DNA of 15,100 nucleotides from Candidatus Hermodarchaeota archaeon (GTDB lineage Archaea; Asgardarchaeota; Hermodarchaeia; Hermodarchaeales; Hermodarchaeaceae): NCBI GenBank assembly GCA_016840065.1, contig JAEOTB010000076.1, positions 1 to 15,100 of the forward strand, read 5' to 3'. Shown piece by piece: positions 1 to 7,419 of this stretch (position 1 is its first letter; each line of letters starts with the position of its first letter). The notes under the pieces were generated by a model. It saw only the letters and a program-made list of their open reading frames with translations, ran no database searches and was not told where the DNA came from. The position numbers and the translations under genes were made by a program.

Positions 1-111
1 GAAGCCATCAAACAATGGCGGAAATTTCTACCACCGAAATAGAAGTAGTGTGAAATTGAGTGGTTCTTTCAATGGAAATAAAATTCATTTCTTGTAAGAG
101 TAGGAAGAAGA

Positions 112-1218
112 CTATTTTGCATCCTTTTCCAATTCCCTTCTACGTTGCTCAATTTGGGTATACAAATCTACAAATGTTTCGGGAGGAATTTGTACTTTCT
201 CCTTTTTGACAAGTTTCAGTGCGTCAGAAGAACAACTCGCTACACATACACCACAGCCAATACACCGTTCTAAGTCAATTGTAGCGGTTTCCTCTGCTAG
301 TGTAGACGCATCCATCTGACAAACTTGTACGCAGGTGCCGCAACCACTACACAAGTCCGAGGCAACTTCTGCATGATAATTGGTTGTGAAAAAGTCCACG
401 GGGCGAGGAGCACCTTTTGTCCCTACAATGGCTGCACAACAGCATCCACAACAACTACAAAGAAATTCAATCTCTTGAGTATTGCTGGGCTGCAAAACCA
501 ATCCTTCTTCCTCATTTTGTCGAATAGTGTCTAACAGTTCTTCCTTTGAAACCTCCCGACCCCAACCAAGTTCGATATACATTTTTGTTATTTTACCAAT
601 ACCGATGCAGAGATCGCGGCGATTGGTTGCCTTACAAGGCTTACCCTCGATATCTTTGGCTTGGCGGCAAATGCAATTAATTAAAATGAAAGGACCCTTC
701 GATTTCTCGATAAGTTGGCGAATATCGTCATAATGGGCCACACTATCTTCTCTCATTATGCTTTGTTCGATGGGGATGGTTCGAAGTTGCCCAATCCCGG
801 TTCTTGGAATCTTCTGAATCGGAGGAGAGTTATGAAACCGAGTGATTTCAGCAACGATGTCTTCGGTTAATTTGTCTACTAGGAATTCGTAGATACCGAT
901 GGCCCACAGAGCGTTACCATAATATTTGGTCTCTCCATCTTTAAGATACATGATCAGCCCCTTCCTAGCCATTTCATCCAATACACCCCCCAATTCCTCT
1001 TTTGACATTCCAGTGTCTTTCAACCGTGGATAAATGATATCCAATGTCTCTGAAGGATAAGGAGTCCACTTCAGTTGTGTAGCAATCTTCGCTTCTAGTG
1101 GTGTGAAAAGCCGTTTTAGTAAGTGAATCTCTGCTCCGCCCTCCCTTTCAGGAAATCGGATTGGAAATTTGTCCATATGCCGTTGTAATGCCCGATACAC
1201 ATCTACTTCTTCAACCAT
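112..1218 (-). CDS. Cys-rich 4Fe-4S-binding protein (N-terminal wHTH-like region, C-terminal 2x[4Fe-4S] ferredoxin domain)
   Basis: 368-aa ORF. Two ferredoxin motifs (CSGCGTCVQVC, CIGCGVCVASC) plus further Cys clusters (CICR..C..C, CSCCGCCC). GAGGG RBS-like sequence upstream of the ATG. Confidence 0.85.
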   Translation of the reverse strand: MVEEVDVYRALQRHMDKFPIRFPEREGGAEIHLLKRLFTPLEAKIATQLKWTPYPSETLDIIYPRLKDTGMSKEELGGVLDEMARKGLIMYLKDGETKYYGNALWAIGIYEFLVDKLTEDIVAEITRFHNSPPIQKIPRTGIGQLRTIPIEQSIMREDSVAHYDDIRQLIEKSKGPFILINCICRQAKDIEGKPCKATNRRDLCIGIGKITKMYIELGWGREVSKEELLDTIRQNEEEGLVLQPSNTQEIEFLCSCCGCCCAAIVGTKGAPRPVDFFTTNYHAEVASDLCSGCGTCVQVCQMDASTLAEETATIDLERCIGCGVCVASCSSDALKLVKKEKVQIPPETFVDLYTQIEQRRRELEKDAK

Positions 1219-1411
1219 ACAAAACCCTCAACATATCTAACAGATAATCCTAGGAATGATCCCAATCTGTGCTTATTTATCCCCTAGAACCTTGCATTTA
1301 ACAGTTATTATCACAATTCAGATAACTAGAAGTCAGAAAACGAAAGGAGAGGAATCGGGAAATCTAAGAATGGTATAAGGTTATCCCGTCGCATCCGCTA
1401 CTACCTGCATC

Positions 1412-1449
1412 AGAAAGAAAAGGAAGGCAGGAGGAGCCAAAACTCCTCC
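1412..1449 (-). terminator. Hairpin plus pyrimidine-tract terminator downstream of the 1632-aa gene
   Basis: Minus strand GGAGGAG-ttttgg-CTCCTCC (7-bp stem, 1430-1449) followed by TGCCTTCCTTTTCTTTCT, starting about 15 nt after the stop codon. Confidence 0.6.
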
Positions 1450-1463
1450 ATGTACTAACCGGC

Positions 1464-4400
1464 TCACCATGGAATGCCAAGGAGTGCACGAGGAAGGGCA
1501 CCTAACGGATGGATCAAGAGTAAGTACAGCACGATGAAGGTAATCAAGGCACCATAGACAATCTTGACCTTGTGCTTACCCCAAAGCCCCTGGTGCACAG
1601 CATTCAGGTGCTCGCAGCTACGCTTGTACCGGGCAAACATCCAAGGAAGCTGGTCCGCAAACTCACCAACAGCCTTGCTCTCAGTAAGGTAAGGCGCAAG
1701 CGACTGATGAACCGGCGCACCATCCTTAACGGTCAAAGGCTCCGGCGTGTTCCAGTTGAACAAGAAGTCAACGATGGGAGCAACACCGCGGATCTTGGCG
1801 GCGTTCTCGTACCAGAGTTCTCTCCAGTGGTAGTCGCTGGTTATCCATTCGATGTTGCCAGTCCTTGCATTTACCCATACGTCTGCGCGTTCCCAGTCAT
1901 CGTGGGGTAGGGGTATGGTCCATTCGAGTTTCCAGAACCAGACGTAGCGGTAGACCCAGTAGCTGTCGGCTTCGAGCCAGGCGTTGATTCCTTCTGCGAG
2001 GTTTTCGTGGGGTTCGAGGTGGTGGCGGATTTTTTCGTCAACGTCTTCCCATTTGCGCCATGTTCGGCGTTTTCTGTCCCAGTATTCGGCTTCGGGGAAG
2101 TGGGCCCAGTGTTTTGTTTTTGGATTATAGTATGGGTTCAACTCACGTCTTGTTGAGTAGAAGTAGAGGCTTGCTGTGTGGATTTTGGGTGGTCGTCCGA
2201 AGTGTTTGGCGAAGAAGTTGAATCGGCGGGTGAAGCTGTGGGTGGGGCGGGTCCAGAGCTCTATGGCCCGTGGGTTGATGAGGTTCCGTAGGGCGATTGG
2301 CTTTTGGCGTCTTCCGGGGGCTTTGATCATGAGGTCGCAGCGGTCGCCGCCTCGTGGCAGGATGGTTATCTCGTGGGGTATGATGGTTTTTCCGAAGGCT
2401 CGTGAGTACTTGCTCTTTCCGCCCATTCGGTCGAGGAGGCGCATCTCGTACTCGTTGGCGGGGTTTTCCTTTGTTCCGCCGCGCCAGTCTGTGCGGTACA
2501 TGCCGTGCTCGTATCGTTGGGACCAGTAGTCTCTGAATAGGTGGGCTCTGGGTGGTTTGTAGGTTACGGGTCCGTCTCGTAGGTCTCGGGCGAAGCTGGT
2601 GCGGACGAGGTCGACGAATCCGAAGCGTTGAGTGATTTCGAATCCGGTGACTTTGATGTCTTTGGGGTCTTTGACCTTGGGGAGGCCTAGTGCCTTGCTT
2701 AGGGTGGTATCCTGGAATGCTCCGAGCAGTTCGTCGTCGAGTTCTTTGTGGAATTTTCCTGGTTCTGCTTGGCGGTGCATTTGGGCTAGTATTCTTCGGA
2801 TACCCCATAGGGTGGAGCCAGGCTTCTTGAAGGCGTAGAGGGCTTCGACCCATTCACCTTTGCCTTTGCCTGTCTGGACATAGTAGTCGGTGACGAGGAG
2901 GCGGGGCTCCCAGGTCTTGGGGTCGATGAATATGTCAATGCGGTGGTTTGTCCAGCCTTCTCTGTAGGGGGATCCAGGAGCTGGCGCTACTTCGCTGGGT
3001 TCGAAGCAGTACCAGAGTCGGTAGACCCAGTATTCGCTGTCGTAGTTGGAGTCGCCGATGAAGACGCTGCCGTAGAAGACCTCTTGGAAGGTGACACCGT
3101 TCCTTAAGCGGGGTATCTCTAGCTCCTCGGCCGTCATGAGACGTGGAATCGACTTGATTTCAAGGAACTCATATCCAGTTCCAATGGGTCCAGGCATAGG
3201 CACGAAGAGTTCGATGCGGCTATTCACTTCGAAGAGCTGGCCCTTGCGTCTCTCCTTTTCGCCAAAGAATTTTAGTGTGAACTTGGGGGGTGTCCTTTTC
3301 AGGTGCTTGGTCTTCTCCACAGCTTCTTGGCCCCGGGTGATGGTTGGTGTGAGGGTTTCGGGATTCACATAATCCTTGGGTTCGTACTCTGGGGCGAACC
3401 TAGGGACATAGCGTGGGAGGTTGGCGCCTTCACTGAAGACGATGCTAAAGTCCTCATACCATTTCTCACCGATTTCCTTTGCCCAGTTAACTTCTGCAGT
3501 TAGGGTCTTGGGGCGGCTTATGACCTTGAAGAAGACAGAGTGGACTGCGATTGGTTCCTCTTTGCCTTCCTGGTAGATTCCGAATTCGATGGGGAAGACA
3601 TAACCGGGGATTATATTACCTTCACGAGCTGCCTTTGTAAATACTGTGAAGAAAGCAGGGGTGGTTAGGTCATCGACTGATGGTGGTTTCTCGCCTTTTT
3701 CGACCTTCTCGGAGGTTGCTCCCTCCAGGGAGCCTATTGTCACACCGCTGTGGTCACCAGACCACATGACGGCGAGCCAGGGTTTTTCTCCTTCCTCAGG
3801 GGATTCTTCTTCTGCTTCAACCATTGCCTCTAGAGATTCAATGGAGGGGGGGAGAGGAGCGCGGGGTGGTCCGAAGGCATCTATTGGTCTGGTGTCTGGG
3901 TCGAGTAATCCTGTGCCTAGGTAGAAGTGCTTCATGGAGACTTCATCCTGTTCCTTGGCAGCTAGTTCTCTTGAGGTACTTGGTGGAAGGAAGTGGGGGA
4001 GTGTGCTTATGGGTCGGATTGTAAGTTTGCCATAGTCCTTGTCGGTGACATTTATCACGGCTAGTTTGACCGGGGTTTCAGCTTCAAAGTACACAGTGGT
4101 TTCGGGTTCAAAGTTTGGAAAGACTCCTATGGCGAACTCGCTTTCAATGGCTTTGCCAATTTCTCCACGGAGTCCCCTGAGCACATCAAGGACTTCTGTT
4201 TTCATCTCCTTTGAGACACCCTTGCTCTGGGCTAGATGGAGTGCCTCTCGTGTGTAGTCAATTGCTCGGAGGAACACTTGAAGAGTCCAGTTATCCATTC
4301 CCACTTCATCTCCAAGAAACTGGACCGTTTCCAGGATATCAGTGATTGCTTGAGTGGGACCGGTTTTATCTGCGTAGAGGGTGTAGAATCCAACGAGTTC

Positions 4401-6362
4401 ATCGCATATCTCTAGAATTTCGATGAGCCTCTCTTGTGTTGGTCTTGTTACTCCTTCACCGCCAACATCAACTTGAGCGATGAGCCGTTCGCGGATATCT
4501 CTGAGACAATAGATAGCATCTCGGTATCGGTAGAGTAGTTCGAATGCGTCCTTTGCCCTTGTGAGTTCTTCCCGCCCTTCGGTAAAGTTGCCTTCGGCGA
4601 AGTGGGCGAGTCCAGCGAAGCGGCGGCTTTGTGCAGCACGTCGGCGAAGAGTATCTGCATCTCGGTGAGGTACCCAACTAGTAACTTCTGTTCCTTCTTC
4701 CTTCCCCTCATCTCCTCTTTCCCAACGGAAGGATTTGTAGTAAAGGTCTGCTGCTGTGGCAAAGTCCTGTGATGGGGCTGCACCCCAGAGCGGTTGTTCT
4801 TCTTCCTTGACTTCTGCTTTTAGTCCTTCCACTTCCTGCGTTGGTTCATCTATTATCGTTCGTTCAAGGAAACCTAGGTTTTGCCTAAGTTGTCCTCTGC
4901 ATTGTATTAGCAGCCCAGAAATCCAGAAGAGTTCTAGGCTTGTGAAGAGGTTGCATGCGTCTTCGAATTGGAGTTCAGCGTCAAAGAGAAGGTCTAAGAA
5001 TTGATCATCATTGTTGATTTCGAGGAGTGAGAAGATGTCCTCTTGGAGCTTGGACTTGTCTTCATTGCTAACAACGTATCCTTTGACTCCCACTGAGTAA
5101 ACATCTGAGAGGAGTTTTATATTGATGACGTGCAGTCCTTGTCCGATTCCTTCAGTAAGCCATCTGAATATGGTGGCTACCTCTGCTGTTGGCTTATCAC
5201 CTCGTTTTTGGGCTTGGACTACGACATCACCGACTTGCTCGGATAATTCGTAAAATTGGTGTGAGAGGTTATTGCTACGGCGAATCTGCCGCATCATTCC
5301 CTGTAATCCTTTCATAGCTTTTCCTGGATTTTGGGCAATCCTGACCTGTCGATAGCCCATTCCTTCGATGAGTTGGAGTAGTGCATCTGCAGCCCTTTGT
5401 TGCAGTTCCATGCTTTTCTGCTTCGCCTTCGTAACCGTGTGCTGTTCACTGGCATCGTGGGTAACCCGTAAATAGGCGAAGGCACCTCCAATGTAACTGG
5501 AAACGACTTGAGTTATGGTGGGGAATGGTTTCGCCAGTTCTTCTCTGGCGATTTGTTCTTGCAATTCTCCAACACTGAAGAATCGAGAAGGAGGCAACGG
5601 ATCTTCAGGTTCTGATGAAAGGTTGAGCGCAAGGGCTTCGTTCCATAAATACACCGCACCGAGGGGGATGTTCATGTCGGGCTGCTTTTGCCGTTCAGTG
5701 ATTGCCTTCATCGCAGTCTTGCGGAAGGATTTGGCGGCAGAACTAAGCACTCCTTTCTCCTCCTCTGAAACAGAATCTGCAGTCACTCCGCTCAGGAGTG
5801 CCCGGATGGCTTGACCCTGATATAGCATTTGATCTAGGTCACCTAACTCCTGATAGCTCAGATACTCCTGAATCATAGCTGGGAGCGGGGATAGTGGGGA
5901 AACATCAAGTCGCTGTGATTGTACCATGAGACGGAAAGACTGGGCAGCCTGTTTCCATTCGCCTGCACTACCATACGTAGCCCCAGCTGCATCAAGAGCT
6001 AAATGGCCCTGTGTTTTGGCAGTGCTTATGGCCAGACGTGATTGTTCTTCCTGTTCAGCTTCTGACCTGTAAACATAATCTTGGGGACGGACTTCTTCAG
6101 TGAGAAATACCTCCATTTCACGCCAGTAACCTGCTATAGTTTCACAATCCTTCGCAATGGACTTGGCCACCTCACCTTCAATCTTTTCAGAGGCAGCTGC
6201 CCTCACCCGAAGCATGAGATCATTAATCCGTGCTAGGAGGTCGTGAATTTTAGCACCTTTATTCTTTGGAAGGTGCTCTGTAATTTCTTCGAGGAGTACT
6301 TTCGCCTCCTCAAACTGTAGTTGTAAGTTGCTTAAACGAGATTTAAGGTCGAGTTCAACCAT
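1464..6362 (-). CDS. Large uncharacterised multidomain protein: N-terminal coiled-coil and TPR-like solenoid, central Ig-like region, two related aromatic-rich (NPP1/Vps62-like) modules, C-terminal transmembrane anchor
   Basis: Uninterrupted 1632-codon ORF with an AGGTG RBS 8 nt before the ATG. TPR-like segments (AAGATYGSAGEWKQAAQSF, AGLAHFAEGNFTEGREELTRAKDAF). YWVYR motif occurs twice. Hydrophobic IVYGALITFIVLYLLLI at the C-terminus. The CDS itself is secure; the domain calls are tentative. Confidence 0.85.
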   Translation of the reverse strand: MVELDLKSRLSNLQLQFEEAKVLLEEITEHLPKNKGAKIHDLLARINDLMLRVRAAASEKIEGEVAKSIAKDCETIAGYWREMEVFLTEEVRPQDYVYRSEAEQEEQSRLAISTAKTQGHLALDAAGATYGSAGEWKQAAQSFRLMVQSQRLDVSPLSPLPAMIQEYLSYQELGDLDQMLYQGQAIRALLSGVTADSVSEEEKGVLSSAAKSFRKTAMKAITERQKQPDMNIPLGAVYLWNEALALNLSSEPEDPLPPSRFFSVGELQEQIAREELAKPFPTITQVVSSYIGGAFAYLRVTHDASEQHTVTKAKQKSMELQQRAADALLQLIEGMGYRQVRIAQNPGKAMKGLQGMMRQIRRSNNLSHQFYELSEQVGDVVVQAQKRGDKPTAEVATIFRWLTEGIGQGLHVINIKLLSDVYSVGVKGYVVSNEDKSKLQEDIFSLLEINNDDQFLDLLFDAELQFEDACNLFTSLELFWISGLLIQCRGQLRQNLGFLERTIIDEPTQEVEGLKAEVKEEEQPLWGAAPSQDFATAADLYYKSFRWERGDEGKEEGTEVTSWVPHRDADTLRRRAAQSRRFAGLAHFAEGNFTEGREELTRAKDAFELLYRYRDAIYCLRDIRERLIAQVDVGGEGVTRPTQERLIEILEICDELVGFYTLYADKTGPTQAITDILETVQFLGDEVGMDNWTLQVFLRAIDYTREALHLAQSKGVSKEMKTEVLDVLRGLRGEIGKAIESEFAIGVFPNFEPETTVYFEAETPVKLAVINVTDKDYGKLTIRPISTLPHFLPPSTSRELAAKEQDEVSMKHFYLGTGLLDPDTRPIDAFGPPRAPLPPSIESLEAMVEAEEESPEEGEKPWLAVMWSGDHSGVTIGSLEGATSEKVEKGEKPPSVDDLTTPAFFTVFTKAAREGNIIPGYVFPIEFGIYQEGKEEPIAVHSVFFKVISRPKTLTAEVNWAKEIGEKWYEDFSIVFSEGANLPRYVPRFAPEYEPKDYVNPETLTPTITRGQEAVEKTKHLKRTPPKFTLKFFGEKERRKGQLFEVNSRIELFVPMPGPIGTGYEFLEIKSIPRLMTAEELEIPRLRNGVTFQEVFYGSVFIGDSNYDSEYWVYRLWYCFEPSEVAPAPGSPYREGWTNHRIDIFIDPKTWEPRLLVTDYYVQTGKGKGEWVEALYAFKKPGSTLWGIRRILAQMHRQAEPGKFHKELDDELLGAFQDTTLSKALGLPKVKDPKDIKVTGFEITQRFGFVDLVRTSFARDLRDGPVTYKPPRAHLFRDYWSQRYEHGMYRTDWRGGTKENPANEYEMRLLDRMGGKSKYSRAFGKTIIPHEITILPRGGDRCDLMIKAPGRRQKPIALRNLINPRAIELWTRPTHSFTRRFNFFAKHFGRPPKIHTASLYFYSTRRELNPYYNPKTKHWAHFPEAEYWDRKRRTWRKWEDVDEKIRHHLEPHENLAEGINAWLEADSYWVYRYVWFWKLEWTIPLPHDDWERADVWVNARTGNIEWITSDYHWRELWYENAAKIRGVAPIVDFLFNWNTPEPLTVKDGAPVHQSLAPYLTESKAVGEFADQLPWMFARYKRSCEHLNAVHQGLWGKHKVKIVYGALITFIVLYLLLIHPLGALPRALLGIPW

Positions 6363-6444
6363 TATTCAACACCTTGACCCTTTAATCGACAGAATCTATA
6401 GCCTACAATAATAACTCTTCAGCTTAAAGGTATAATCCTATTAA

Positions 6445-6537
6445 TAAAAAATAGTGGCTAGGAGCATGTCCCGACACCCTCTCGGGTTCAGCCCCCAGCC
6501 AAAACCAGTGCACCCGTCTTATTTGGCTAGCACTGGT
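6445..6537 (-). terminator. Tandem hairpins followed by a T-tract: 3' structured element or terminator of the ArsR-like operon
   Basis: Minus strand ACCAGTGC-18nt-GCACTGGT (6537-6504), then TGGCTGGGGGC...GCTCCTAGCCA (6501-6455). The second stem pairs fully only with G-U on the minus strand and has an inner CCCGA/TCGGG stem. It is followed by CTATTTTTTATT. Confidence 0.5.
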
Positions 6538-6570
6538 GGGTTTGGACCTACGCTTCGATGTTGATAAGCT

Positions 6571-6705
6571 TCAGTGTCGTGAGAGCAGGAGGTTTAGCGC
6601 GAGCCTCTGGTTAGGTTTTGCTCGGGGATTCCGGCACCCAGTAAAGGCTCGTTCTGTGAGGGGAACCTTTGTGAAGTTTATCGTAGCTTTTCCGAATCTT
6701 TTCAT
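6571..6705 (-). CDS. Putative 44-aa basic small protein (not in the ORF track)
   Basis: MKRFGKATINFTKVPLTERAFTGCRNPRAKPNQRLALNLLLSRH*. GAGGTGA Shine-Dalgarno at 6718-6712, 6 nt before the ATG. Co-oriented with and downstream of 6791..7417. Confidence 0.4.
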   Translation of the reverse strand: MKRFGKATINFTKVPLTERAFTGCRNPRAKPNQRLALNLLLSRH

Positions 6706-6790
6706 TCCTTATCACCTCTTTCTTGTCAATCTTACCTCCGGTAGGAGTCTTACTCATTGGGGGGATACCGTTAGGGGTTCGCTTGTGCCG

Positions 6791-7417
6791 TTAGCCGATT
6801 CTAATTGTGCCGCGTTTTCCTACAACTAGGACCTTGCGGTGTCCTTGCGTCTTTACTAGCTGTTCGCCGTGAATTGCGAGTGTTGTGTCTTCTCTTTTCA
6901 TTACCAGCTTGTCCTCAACGGACACGAGCAGGGTCTTTCCTGAATGGATGTCTAGGATTGTGGCAAGCCATCCGCGCCGGTGTCCTGGTTTGTATCGCAT
7001 TCCTTCTTCGCTTGTGTTTCCAAAGCGCTCAAGGATTTGTTGCGCTCTCCAGTTGGCCTCCCCTTCGGATTCTATGTAGAGTCGCTTTAGGTCACCTTTG
7101 CCTATGTTACTGACTTGTGGAGGTGACCAATCACCGTCCAGTGATAGGAGTAGAAGGCTGCCATTCCAGGAATATTCGTAGGATCTACCTACGGCTCCAC
7201 GTTTAGTCTCGGCGACAAAATCAACGAGATAGTAGCCAGAACCAATGAAAACACCACCAACCTCCTTCCCTTGAGAGAATATTGGGAAGTAGATTGTGCC
7301 TGGATCGATTTGGATGAGTGCTTTCTCTGAACGTGCGAGTTCCCAGATTTTTGTTACCTGTCCTGCTAGCGTGCCAAGGACTAGGCGTCCTTCAGGTGAG
7401 GTGCGTTCTTGCCACAT
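6791..7417 (-). CDS. Hypothetical beta-rich protein, co-transcribed with the ArsR-like regulator
   Basis: 208-aa ORF starting 2 nt after the upstream stop. GGAGG RBS lies inside the end of the upstream gene. No signal peptide or TM segment is evident. Confidence 0.8.
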   Translation of the reverse strand: MWQERTSPEGRLVLGTLAGQVTKIWELARSEKALIQIDPGTIYFPIFSQGKEVGGVFIGSGYYLVDFVAETKRGAVGRSYEYSWNGSLLLLSLDGDWSPPQVSNIGKGDLKRLYIESEGEANWRAQQILERFGNTSEEGMRYKPGHRRGWLATILDIHSGKTLLVSVEDKLVMKREDTTLAIHGEQLVKTQGHRKVLVVGKRGTIRIG

Positions 7418-7419
7418 GT

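Noticed and set aside
1-53. Possible 3' end of a plus-strand gene (EAIKQWRKFLPPK* or ..MAEISTTEIEVV*)
   Set aside because: Too short to choose a frame or assign a product.
2143-2853. 236-aa Arg/Pro/Gln-rich alternative-frame ORF inside the giant gene
   Set aside because: Explained by the strong A/C third-position bias of the main frame, which removes T-initial stop codons in the shifted frame. Composition is low-complexity.
6440-6790. RNase P, SRP or 5S RNA in the structured intergenic region
   Set aside because: No GAGGAAAGUCC-type RNase P motif, no SRP helix-8 motif and no 5S conserved loops found on either strand.
6536-6829. 97-aa plus-strand ORF
   Set aside because: GTG start without an RBS, antisense to the operon, overlaps the 208-aa gene and has no recognisable motif.
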